From NCBI GenBank assembly GCA_019828565.1, contig JAHDYR010000005.1, forward strand, positions 1,029,342 through 1,093,341: a stretch of 64,000 bases of DNA, in the 5' to 3' direction. The first letter of the stretch is position 1. Every line of letters starts with the position of its first letter. The position numbers were made by a program, and so were the translations under genes. The notes beneath the pieces were generated by a model. That model searched no databases. It saw only the letters and a program-made list of their open reading frames with translations, and had not been told where the DNA came from. This document shows positions 46,001 to 56,119 of this stretch, piece by piece. The stretch is from Carpediemonas membranifera BICM (taxonomy: Eukaryota; Protista; Fornicata).

Positions 46001-46711
46001 CTAAACAATCGGTCTCATGCCCTCTACTCGCTTATAGACAACCTTACATTTGCTGCAGAGGGGAACGATGTACAACTTGCCATCAATGGTGTACTGCACT
46101 TCCTCAGAGCAATGCTCACAGTACCACCAGTGACAGCCTCGGCAGCAAAGAAGAGTAGAAGCCTGTTCTTCTGCTTTCTTCGTGTTCTTGGATCTTAGGC
46201 CCTTTTTGCACGCCTGGCACTTGTTGCTAGAGCCGGTAATATAGCACGCGGGACAGTAGTCCTTCTTGCCCTTCGTCCTGACACATTGCTCGTGCAGGAA
46301 ACCTTTGCAAGCACAGCATCTCCTGAACGTAGTGCCGTCTGGATTGAAGAACCACTCGGGGGTACCACACACAAGACATCCAAATAGCATTTTGCGCTGA
46401 TGAAGGCTAAGGAAAGTCGTCTTACATGTCTCGGGTTCGGTAGGCGGGTCTCTCACACGGGTCTCTGAGACAACGTCGTTGATCAGGACCTTAATACGGT
46501 CAACAACAGCATCGGACACGTTGTTAGACACCTGCTGCAGATCGTCGTCACCAAGCCTGGGTCGCTTGGCTTCCTCGTCGTCAAAGACGATCTTCTTCCG
46601 AACCGGCACCGATCGATCTGTCGTTGACTGAGGTGTGTCTGCTTCATCACCAACACCAAGTGAAGACAGTTGCGTAGTCGACCGTATCGGTGGGATCTCT
46701 GCCTTGATCAT
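46001..46711 (-). CDS. PHD-finger protein (may be one gene with 46708-47226)
   Basis: CLVC..CCAC....H..C..CPAC (C4HC3), followed by a second Cys-rich finger. Confidence 0.78.
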   Translation of the reverse strand: MIKAEIPPIRSTTQLSSLGVGDEADTPQSTTDRSVPVRKKIVFDDEEAKRPRLGDDDLQQVSNNVSDAVVDRIKVLINDVVSETRVRDPPTEPETCKTTFLSLHQRKMLFGCLVCGTPEWFFNPDGTTFRRCCACKGFLHEQCVRTKGKKDYCPACYITGSSNKCQACKKGLRSKNTKKAEEQASTLLCCRGCHWWYCEHCSEEVQYTIDGKLYIVPLCSKCKVVYKRVEGMRPIV

Positions 46712-47226
46712 CGTAGTCGGGGGTCGATTTGACCGTTGCCTTTTTGCTTGACAGGCTTATATCTCACCCGGTTGATCACAGGCAAGTTCTCAAGGCTGAT
46801 TGAGTCGGAAACATCGTTCAGTCCAGCATCTGAGAGAACTTCTGAGAGCATCTGGCGGAACTCGGCATGGCAGGGCTGACTACGGACAGCAATGTGCTGC
46901 ATGACAGAGCCATTGTACTCCGCAGAGGGTCTAACTGCTGTTATAAACGTAGTAACGCCGACAACAGTCGTCCGCCTGACCTGTTCCCGGAGTTCAATTG
47001 ACTTGAACCCAGGGCATTCGGCGGCGACCCTGCGCTGGACCTCCAGAAGTACCTTATGGATGTCGCGTGCACTCAAGCCGAGGTCAGTTGCCTCGTCGTC
47101 CTCAAATACTGAAGAAACAACGGCTGTAACAAATGAACGACGGAGATTTGCGAGCTTACTGTTGCCATACTGTCTGATGGGGGGCGTAGCAGCAATAGGT
47201 TCTGGTACAGACACTTCTGAATTCAT
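46708..47226 (-). CDS. Hypothetical protein
   Basis: 172-aa ORF abutting the PHD ORF. Confidence 0.5.
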   Translation of the reverse strand: MNSEVSVPEPIAATPPIRQYGNSKLANLRRSFVTAVVSSVFEDDEATDLGLSARDIHKVLLEVQRRVAAECPGFKSIELREQVRRTTVVGVTTFITAVRPSAEYNGSVMQHIAVRSQPCHAEFRQMLSEVLSDAGLNDVSDSISLENLPVINRVRYKPVKQKGNGQIDPRLR

Positions 47227-47689
47227 GAGAATTTCTATCCAAGCTGTTTACGTTGTTACATTTGTCTATTTACGTAGACTCCTGGCATTGACAATACCTA
47301 AAACTGCGACATTTGTCGATCATGATTCGAGCAACTAGCCACCAAAAGGTAGAAACGGTAACGTCAGGGCTCGTGGAAGTTGCCAAAGTACAAGATTCTT
47401 ACAAAATAATCCGAAAAACTGCTCAGGGCTTGCGAAAGGAAGAAGAAATCAACAAAAGGGTGAATGACACAGAGTTTCTGCTGCAAGAGATACGCGATTT
47501 GTTTATAGATGCCATACAGACGATGAGGGACAAGTAAAAATGACATTCACTAGCTTTGCTTCTCATTTCACATATTCTTGTGAAATATGTGAAATGTGAA
47601 ACAGATTCTAGTGAATCTCATTTTTTCTTGCACTTTTTGGAGTATCTCCAGGGTATCTCCCGGGAGACTCTAGCCATTCTTACAGTATG

Positions 47690-48184
47690 CTCGTCCTTCT
47701 CCTCCCTTCCGTGGCCGACCGGTGGGCCATACACGTTGATCACCAGGATGTCCCTATGGGTTCTGAGTATGCTCACCTGTATCCTCCCTGATAAGCTATC
47801 TGTGATGCCTACGTCCCAGCTCCCTCTTGCTCTTGGGTTGATGATTGTGCCCACTCCTTCTCTAGTACCCCTCGTCCTGGGCGTCCGGCTACTGCTCCCT
47901 GCTATGCCCAGCTGGGCATCTATTCGGCGCTGGCTTTGGGCTTCTTTCTTCCTCCTCTCGTTGTCCATAGCTAGCTCCTCCTCTGTTTCCTTCCCTGCCA
48001 TTGCGTAGTCGAAGTCTATGAAGTTGTGTACCCTCGTATTCGCCGTCCTCCACGTTTCTTGGATGCATACTGCATCTGTGTCGCTCAGTTTCATCCTTAT
48101 AGCCGTTGCCATTGAGGCCGTGAAGTCCTTTCCCTTCCCGATGTGTCCCTCAGTGTTCAGGCTCGCTATCTTGATCGTTTCCAT
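47690..48184 (-). CDS. LINE ORF2 5' part: APE endonuclease N-terminus
   Basis: IASLN.EG, DAVCIQET, EGVG, INVYGP. Confidence 0.9.
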
Positions 48185-48499
48185 TCTTGTACTCCGTCTT
48201 TCCTATCCTGCGAATTTTCGGAAATTCCCTGCAATCTGCCCTTGTCCCGTCACGGGGCCTTCGTGCCGGCTCCGGTTACCCATGGCGGGCCAACTATGGG
48301 TTACCCTGGTGACCATCCTTACCTTCGGGCAGGGATACTTAGGAGGGGGCGCATTGGCGTGACCCCCCTTTGGCTGCCGCCACAGCCCACCGGCAGTGCA
48401 TTTCAGCTAATGCCGGACCCTGGGTGGGAGCCAGGGTTGGATTAAAAGAAAAGAACTGACAACTGTCACTATCACTCTCAAAGAATACCACTTTACCCT

Positions 48500-51400
48500 G
48501 CTTAATCGGTCTCCCGTTGAGTTGCCACTGTCACTGCCATCATCGCTCTGGTTCTCGGTTGCCATCCCCTGTTGTTGCTGCATGGTCTTCATCACCGTTG
48601 ACACGATCTGGGCCACTAGCTCCATCTGGTTTAGCTGTCTCGGCTTGCGAGACCTCTTTGTCCGAGTCCTCTTCTTGTGGCGGACTACCCTGTGCTCCTT
48701 GCCGGTACCCTGGTTTCCCTGGGTGTCAGCCGGTGCTGGGGTTGGCGTCGCCTGCTCCTCCTCCCCTGCTGTCCCTGGCCCTGAGTGCGAGAATCAGCTT
48801 CTTGGCTTCATCAAGTTCCTTCCTGAGTTCGTCCCTCTCCGCGTCGCTGTCACTCGACTGTCTGCTTCCAGCCTCGTAACGGGCGTCGCCGTCGAGCTTG
48901 CCCCTCTTTCCAGCCCCTGTGTAGCTCACCGCCCTGTCCTTGCCACTCCTCTTGCCGGTCCCATGAGGGGGTGAGCGGCGTCTGCTCTCTCCGGAGTCTC
49001 TGCCCTGATCGTCCCTGCGCTCTCTGTCCTCATGGTGAGGCCCGTCTTCCCAGCGTCCTCTGACCTCGCGGCGAGGCCCGTCGTCCCTGCGCTCTCTGTC
49101 CTCGTGGTGAGGCCTGACCTCTCTGCGCTCCCTGTCCTCATGGCGAGGCCCGTCGTCCCTGCGCTCTCTGTCCTCATGATGAGGCCTGACGTCCCTGCGC
49201 TCTCTGTCGCACCGATGGACGCCGTTGTTTCTGGGCTCTCTCTCGTCTCTGAGGGTTCCGTCGGCTCGGCGGTTGTTGGTATAGAGGTCATCTCGGCCTA
49301 CTGGCCCGACCGGCGTGCCAATCATCTCGGTGAGCCGTCTGATAGATCCCTCTATGCCCATGTCCGAGTAATCGACCGTGTAGGGTCTCTCCTCCTTTCC
49401 ATCTCTTGACGGGATGTACTTAACCGTCGGCCTCTGGGTGATCTTGCAGTAATCCTCTGGCGGGATGGTCGTGGACACCACACGGGTCCCCACCTTCTTC
49501 ATCCGTCCCAGTGTCGTCTCTGACCCTGATACAGCCCCAGTCTCTCGGGATGAAGGCCGCTCTGATGGTTGCGCTATACCCTGGGGGTGCCCTGACGTTC
49601 GCTATGGCTTTCTCCTCGCGTCTGACGCTCTCTGCCAGGTCGTGGACTCCCGGCTGACCCTGATGAGCAGTATCCTCCCTTGAGGGCCACCAGCTGTAGA
49701 CCATCGCGATGGTGACGATGTCCTCGTCCCTAGTAACTGCCCTGCCAGCTCTTCCCTGCAACATCAGTCTCTGAATGTGGGTCGTGTTCTCATGGATCGA
49801 CCATATGGGGACTCTCGTGGTGACTCCTCTCTCCATGACCGTGGTTGGGGCCAATAGAATGCCCTTCATACCCTTAATGACCTCGCTGAATCCGAAGCCG
49901 ATCCCATAGCAGTGATCGTTGTCCGGGACCACTAGGATGCGGTCGCCCTCTTCCCTGCTTAGGTCCCTGCTGTTGCCGTACGGGTGCCCTCCGAAGATGT
50001 TGAAGGTCTCACGCCTGTACGCTACTCCGTTGCCTCCGCAGAGGTCGTCTCTGATCCCTGCGTCCCTGACCGTGTCATACATGCTGTTGAAAGCGTTACC
50101 CATCGCACTCTCCAGATCCGGCGTGCTCATCTTCTTCAGCATCATGCCCCACACCTTCGCCGCGAACAACGTTGCATCTGCCAGCGCACAATGGTAGCAC
50201 CCTGCAGTGTGCCTGTGGTACGGACAGGCCCCCTTCGGGAGCTCCCTGCGCTGCCATTGGCTGGCCCATATATCTGCCATCTCCCTGTAGTTCTTGATCT
50301 CGTAGTTTGCCCTGTACTCTCTTGCCTTATCCGGGGCGAGCTCCTCGATGGCGTCGGCCAGCTCGCTATCGTCCACCAGCCTCATTCTAAAGAAGTCCCT
50401 GGTGTCCCTGTTGAGCCCGTTGACCTCGTTCGTCAGGAGGAACTTCTCCATGTGGACGCCCTTGGCATGAAGGACTAGCTTCCAGTTCTCCCTGGTCTCT
50501 CTGTCTCTCAGCTTGGCTGCGAGCCGCGTGGCCCACTCTCTAAATCTGCTGAAGTGCTGCTGATAGTCCATCGGCACCTCCCCTGTGTCCACTTCCACGA
50601 ACGTCGCTGGGGGAATCCCCGTCACTGCCCACGTCGCGTATCTGCTCTGGTCCACCTTGTTGGCCGGCAGGTTGGGCTCATAGAAGAGGCCGTGGCCATG
50701 GCCAACGACCTCCCCCGTCTCGACGTCCACTAGCACGAGCCCCCCTCTGTCGGCACCGCACTGATCCCTGCCCTCTCACTCCCAGGATCTCCACACTCGA
50801 AGTCGATAGAACCGAGGATGAGCTTCTTCTGACCCTGACTCTGCAATGCCTCCGGTAGGCTCCCTGCTGATGCACTTCCCTCTGATGCTCGGGGTATGCT
50901 CTCTTCTTCCTGCTGATCAAGCTCGGCTCCAAGGCCCCTTCTGGCGCTCACTCCTTCCGCTTGTGTCAACACGACCTTGGGTTTGGGGTCTTCCTCTTGG
51001 CTGGTCTGTGCGCCGCTCTCGTTGTCTGACTCTTCTTCCCTGTCCCTCTTTTGGCGGCGGCTGGTGGCATTGATCACCCTGGCCCTGACGTCAGAGAAGA
51101 CGAGCTTGTTGCTGAGCGGCGTCTCCTGTCCTTGTGCCCTTATTGCGCCTCTGCCCTCCGTGTTGACTCCTGTCTTGCACCAAGCTGCCTGCCAGACCGC
51201 CGGCGCCTCCGGGGCCTGCAACCTGAGGATGTCCCTGCCTTCCTCCATGAATCTGGTGATCTGCCATGCTTTGCAATCTCTGATGTCGATGAGGACCTTG
51301 TAGGTGCCATCGTCCTGCTCCATAGCGATCCTGGTGACCAGGCCCTGGTTAGTGGGGTCCCACACCTCCTCTCCTGCGATGGCCTCGACGGCTTTCTCAT

Positions 51401-51944
51401 CTCCATACCCTGATGTGAGCGTGAATGTGCCCGTCTCTCTGCCCTCAATGCTGTCTCTCTCACTGTCCCACTCGATGTTGCTCTGTTCTCTCGGTTGGAG
51501 GATGGCCTCTTCGATCTTGTGGTCGGAAGGCCACTTGCTCATGTCCCTGTGCCCTGGTTGGATGGTGACGTTCTCCTTGGCCTCTGCTAGGCGCCGTTCT
51601 TCGTCCTCTCTCGGGTCTAAGGCCTCTGTCATTGCGTAGAAGATGTCTCGAAGCCCTAGGATTCCGTTGGGGTTACGGAGGATCTCGTCTCTGTTGTTGG
51701 TGATCCCTGCGGCACGTAGCACTCTCCTCGCATTCAGTATCACCTCTTTTCGTGCTCTGGAGCTAGCTCCGAACGATCTCCCTGAAAAATCTTCTGCGCG
51801 ACGCAGTAGTAGCGTTCTGGTGCCCTTCTCTTCCATCAAGTAGTCCGTTAGTAGCTCTCTAATCGTGTCCCACTCTTTTTGAGCGGATTCCCTGATCTTA
51901 TCTGGTATCTCCACTCTCATCTGGTTGTTCTCTTTTCCCTGCAT
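48500..51944 (-). CDS. LINE ORF1 region, probably one frameshifted ORF: Maelstrom-like domain, possible macro-like domain, R/D/E repeats, coiled coil (3' end approximate)
   Basis: Consecutive overlapping ORFs 50730-51944, 49420-50736, 48726-49502 and 48407-48625 lie inside the LINE TSDs; the first junction is in a G run. Confidence 0.6.
49008..49208 (-). repeat. Coding tandem repeats (HHEDRERRDDGPR-like units)
   Basis: About five copies of CGTCCCTGCGCTCTCTGTCCTC variants. Confidence 0.85.
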
Positions 51945-52522
51945 GAAAAAAGCTTGGCAAATGCATCGACGCGAAAATCGGTCAGCATGGCCCTGCGCAG
52001 GTACTGTCCCCGCACGGACCTCCCTGTTTTCTCATTTTTCCCTGATCGTTTGTTTTGGGGCTCGCGGCGAAATGGCGCGGTTCTAAAAATGCATCGCCAT
52101 TTTCATGCCACACCGTCCCTGGATTTTTGGCCGTTGTTACGCCATTCGTAGTGTGTTCGCGGCCTCTATCTGGGCCCCCTGCTGTTGTTCGCCGGTGATC
52201 CTTCCTTCCCTCTGAGCTGGCGAAAATTCCATTCCATCGATGCTCCGACATCCTTCCCTGCGCTCTCCGTCTCTTTCCCTGTAAATCTAAGCTCCATATT
52301 GTTCGTTCTCTAGTCCCTGTGGCTATGGAGCTCCCACTCATAACCGGCGGTGCACCCTGAATGTAACCTTCTGGTTCGTTGGACAGGGGCCATAGTCGCT
52401 CCTTTTGAGCTCGATGGGGCACTGTTCTATCTATTCTAGTACAGGCCTGTTGGTCTTCATCCACCCCTGTTGTAAGTGAGAACACTTAGCTGAAAACATT
52501 GGTGGACTGATAATCATCTGGA

Positions 52523-54871
52523 CCGTCGGTAAGAGTCCGCACCACTGGTCTTTGTAGGCTATTGCCAGGACAAGCCACCGTAGGTGTCTTCCAATCTCCG
52601 CATTCCTTCTCTCCACGAGACCATTGCTCTGTGGATGAAACGGGATGGTGAAGTGGTGTGCGACTTTCAATGACGTTGTGAGTTGTTCAACTATCGAGTT
52701 CGCGTACTCCGGGCCGCCGTCGGACAGAATCTCCGCCGGTATCCCGTGTCGCGTGAAAACGTGGTCCCATAGGGCCCTGGCGGAGGTCTCGGCGTCGATC
52801 GATGCGACTGCGACGAGCTCGGTGTATCTTGTAAACATGTCTACAGCCACAATGATGTAGCGAGCGCCCAGCGAATCCGTTGGGAGAGGGCCAATTGTGT
52901 CGACTGCCACTGTCTCCCATGGTCTGGTGCGTCTTGTCTGGCCCTTTTGGGCGATAAAGTAGTCCTTGATGCGAGTCTTCAGACAAATGGGGCACGTCTT
53001 GATGTGCTTTTTGACGTCCAAGAGCATCCCCGGCCAAAAATGCAGACGTGGCGAGTGCTTGGAACGTTGAATTTGCTCCCGTATGAAATTGGTGAGCGGT
53101 CCGAAGGGCCTTGTCGCGTGTCTCTCCCTTGGGGATAATCGGCACTCCGTCCTTGAAGTAGATCGAGTTTTCGATGGATACTCCCTCTAGTTTCTCCCAG
53201 CCGACTCGAGTTGACTCAGGTGCCATGGCCTGGGCAGCCTGGATCAACTCAAGGGTCAGCCCTGGGCCGGCGTCCTCCGCCTCTAGCAGGTTCAGCTGCG
53301 GCCCGAGGTCCCCCTCGGGGAAGGATACGCGACAGCATGTCTGCCATCTTGTTTGTCTCTCCAGCAATATGCTCGATCGTAATGTTGTAGTCCGACAAGA
53401 CAGACGTCCACCTGAGGAGTTTCTTGGAAAGCTCCTTCCTCTGCATGAGATATACCAGATTCTGGTGGTCGGTGCGGATCTGTATGTTGTCCTTGAGGCG
53501 GAAAAGTTGAGCCATGTCAGGTCTCGTGAGACAAAAGATGATAGCATGAAGCTCTTGTTCGTAGGTCGGCCACCTAGTCTGGGTTGGCGTATGACACTTT
53601 GCGAAGAGCGAGACGATCTCTCGGTTGCCGGAGTCGTCTTCTTGGAACAGAATGCCCCCTAGTCCGTCGTTCGACGCGTCCGTCTCGAGGGTCCACTTCT
53701 TTGAGAAGTCGGGGAAATGGAGGACTGTGTCTGAGCTGAGTCTCTCCTTGAACGTTGTAAACGCCTCTTCTTGTTTGGGGTTCCAAGTTATGTTCTTTGA
53801 GTTCTCCTGTGCCGTTAGCATCTCGTTGAGAGGTTTGAGGATTCGTGATGAGTCCGGGACGAACTGGGCGACATAGTTGAATGATCCCAGTGTCCTCTGA
53901 AGCTCCTTTGCGGTGGACGGGAGCGGTATGGCGTTTACCGCCTCTACCTTCTCTGGGGCAAGTTGTTTCCCCTTCTCCGAGACAATATACCCGACGGCCT
54001 CGACGTGGGCTGAGCCTATCGTGCACTTCGGGCCTTTAAGGCGCAGTGAATAATGTCTACAGATCCTGAAGACGGTTTTGATCAGGGTGAGAAACTGGGC
54101 CTCGGTCTTGGCGTAAATCAAGATGTCGTCAAGATAGATGTCCACCCCTTTGTGGAGGACCTCGGCGAACGCCTTCTGCATGGCGCGTTGGAATCTCGCC
54201 GGGGCGTTCATCAGGCCGAATGGACATCTGGTGAACTCGCAGTATGCGTCTGGAGTGACAAAAGTGGTTTTGGGGATATCTTCCTCGTGCATCCGCATCT
54301 GGTAGTAGCCTTGTCTGAGGTCTAGGCCTGCAAAGTATTTGCAGCCTGATGCTCGGTCTACAAACTCGCGCGTGTTAGGCAGGGGGAAGGTATCCCTCAC
54401 TGTCTTGGAGTTTAACTCCTTGTAGTCAATGCAAAGACGGATCTTGGTCGATCCTTTGTGGCCCTGCCTGACTACTACGATCGGCGAGCTGTACGGCCCA
54501 GTCGAGTCCTGGATTATCCCGTCTCGCCTGAGTTGTTCTAGCTCTGTCGACACCAGGCCTTGGGTCACTGGGTCGAGTCTGCGAGCGCGGCATTGTACAA
54601 TTGCCCGCTCGTCTATCAGTTCAATCGACATGGGTTCCAGTCGAGACCCTTCCTTGGGTAGTTCTTCCTCGAAGATATCGTCAAATGAGTTGATAATCTC
54701 GAGAATCTCGGGTCGGATCTTCGACTCCGGGACGTGGACACCACAGTAGTCGTCGGTTATCGCCATGTTTGCGTCCTCCGTGAGATATTCATGGTAGAAC
54801 GGCAGCCAGTCCTCGTCCTCCCTCAATTGAGGAGAGCTTGTGCAGGTTAAGGTTGAGTGTGCCATCGCCAA
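52523..54871 (-). CDS. Gypsy C pol: RT, RNase H, integrase core (frameshifts near 53310 and 53035)
   Basis: LCIDYKELN, LDLRQGYYQ, YLDD, TDAS, TDH, H..C..C, VDT, SDGG, VER. Confidence 0.9.
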
Positions 54872-56012
54872 TGAGTGCGAGTGACCTCAGCAAGTCACAC
54901 CCGATGAGAGCCTTGAAGAACTCACCGGGGAGTACGTAGTACTTCCATGTAACCTCCAACGGTGTGACACCTAGTGCTGGGAATGCTGCCTTAAATGTGA
55001 CTGCTTGATCTGTCACGAGGGAGCGTCCGTCTCCTAGCGTGACCTTGATCTTTTCCTCGAGAGAGGTCTGCACTGTGTCCTTGGGTAGGGTACGTAGTGC
55101 CTTCGAACTAATGAAGCTTCGGCTTGCACCAGTGTCTACAACGAACGAGTAAGTTTTGCCTTTTACAGTAGCGGGGGTCGTCAGTGGACCCTTCCCGCCC
55201 TTCTCGTTAGTCGACGCGCTGTCGGCGTTGTTGTTCTCGCTGTAGCGGGGGTGCTTATCGCATCTGAAGTCCATGTGGGGACCGCCACAGAAACGACAGG
55301 GGCGCGACGGCTTCTTGGGTCCGTCGGCCGGCGGGCGCTTGGCCGCGTCCGGGCGGTACTGGGCCTTCCTGGCCTGGGCCGGGGCCTTGGGTCCGCCGGC
55401 CGGGGTTTGCGAGAGGGGTTGATCATGGTCATACGCCCTAGCAGCCCTAAGAGCCACCGCTACGGTGTCCTCGAAGGTCTTGACGTTGTGGAGAGCAAGC
55501 AAGGTCTGTGCCTTCTTGCGGAATGCTGTCGGGTTCAGGGACTCCCTGAAGAGCCGTGCAGCCAGCTTATCAAAGCTTGCGAGCAGTTCGTCGGCATTGG
55601 GGTTGTCGTCGATGGGGTCCAAGAACCCTTCTGGGTCTGGCGTCTTGGAGTAGAGCTCGATGCGCTTGCGGAATGCTGCCGCTTGTAGTCTCGTGCCAGC
55701 TTCGAAGTTGCGTGCGGTGCTCGGCACCATGGGGAAACGAAGGTCTTGGAGCTCTTCGACGAGTGCTAGGATGGAGTGGGGAAGGAGCCGCTGGCGACAC
55801 CATTCGGTGAAGTTCTTGAGAGTGTAGTTCTTGTCGGATGTGTCTATGCCTTCGGCCTTGAGTTCGAGGGCAAATGACTCCTCAATGAGGACGGACAGTG
55901 GGATGCTTGGGTTTTGTATAGTAAAAATCGTTGCTCGGCGCTCAAACTCCTCAAGAGTCTCTAGTGTTAGATTTGAAGGAGAAAGCTCAGGAATTTGAAC
56001 AGTTAACGACAT
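54789..56012 (-). CDS. Gypsy C gag-protease
   Basis: CRFCGGPHMDFRC knuckle, VVDTGAS, LIGCD; overlaps the pol frame. Confidence 0.88.
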   Translation of the reverse strand: MSLTVQIPELSPSNLTLETLEEFERRATIFTIQNPSIPLSVLIEESFALELKAEGIDTSDKNYTLKNFTEWCRQRLLPHSILALVEELQDLRFPMVPSTARNFEAGTRLQAAAFRKRIELYSKTPDPEGFLDPIDDNPNADELLASFDKLAARLFRESLNPTAFRKKAQTLLALHNVKTFEDTVAVALRAARAYDHDQPLSQTPAGGPKAPAQARKAQYRPDAAKRPPADGPKKPSRPCRFCGGPHMDFRCDKHPRYSENNNADSASTNEKGGKGPLTTPATVKGKTYSFVVDTGASRSFISSKALRTLPKDTVQTSLEEKIKVTLGDGRSLVTDQAVTFKAAFPALGVTPLEVTWKYYVLPGEFFKALIGCDLLRSLALIGDGTLNLNLHKLSSIEGGRGLAAVLP

Positions 56013-56119
56013 CAGCACAGCTAATACTAGTATTGTCGGTTGAAATCATTTACAGTAAACCGCAGCGGGGTAAAAGTGGTCAAAACTGGACGGAGCAGTT
56101 TATAGACCGGTGACACTAC

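Larger units (their letters stand above)
21650..47689 (+). mobile_element. Large cut-and-paste DNA transposon (CMC/Chapaev/Transib-like), outer element, 11.3 kb excluding the inner element; 50-bp TIRs, 2-bp TSD CT
   Basis: TIRs at 21650-21699 and 47640-47689 (CATACTGTAAGAATGGC..., 1 mismatch). Removal restores LINE APE ...VYGPPVGHGREEKDEFRDGIRS...IIGDWN. Confidence 0.92.
18426..52507 (-). mobile_element. Non-LTR retrotransposon (APE-RT LINE, ~8.0 kb excluding insert); 15-bp TSD TGATAATCATCTGGA
   Basis: TSD at 18411-18425 and 52508-52522; APE, RT and a long ORF1 region; T/C-rich 3' tail. Confidence 0.92.
17659..56115 (-). mobile_element. Ty3/gypsy chromodomain element family C (~4.36 kb excluding insert), interrupted in integrase by the LINE; TSD CTAC
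   Basis: Identical 82-bp LTRs at 17659-17740 and 56034-56115; CTAC at 17655-17658 and 56116-56119; minus-strand PPT AAAAAGGGAGGTAG. Confidence 0.95.

Noticed and set aside
21650-47689. Polinton, virophage or endogenous giant virus
   Set aside because: No pPolB, capsid, packaging ATPase or retroviral-type integrase seen; 2-bp TSDs and short TIRs fit cut-and-paste elements.
47618-47689. C-terminus of the 188-aa APE ORF (HTVRMARVSRE...)
   Set aside because: Read-through into the transposon TIR; the real APE continues at 21647.
49008-49208. CRISPR-like repeat array
   Set aside because: Units are in-frame coding repeats without unique spacers; no cas genes; eukaryotic context.
50735-50750. Programmed frameshifting at the many ORF breaks
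   Set aside because: Most breaks are in homopolymers and some differ between near-identical copies, so assembly error or decay is more likely. The gypsy C gag-pro/pol overlap (54789-54871) remains unresolved.
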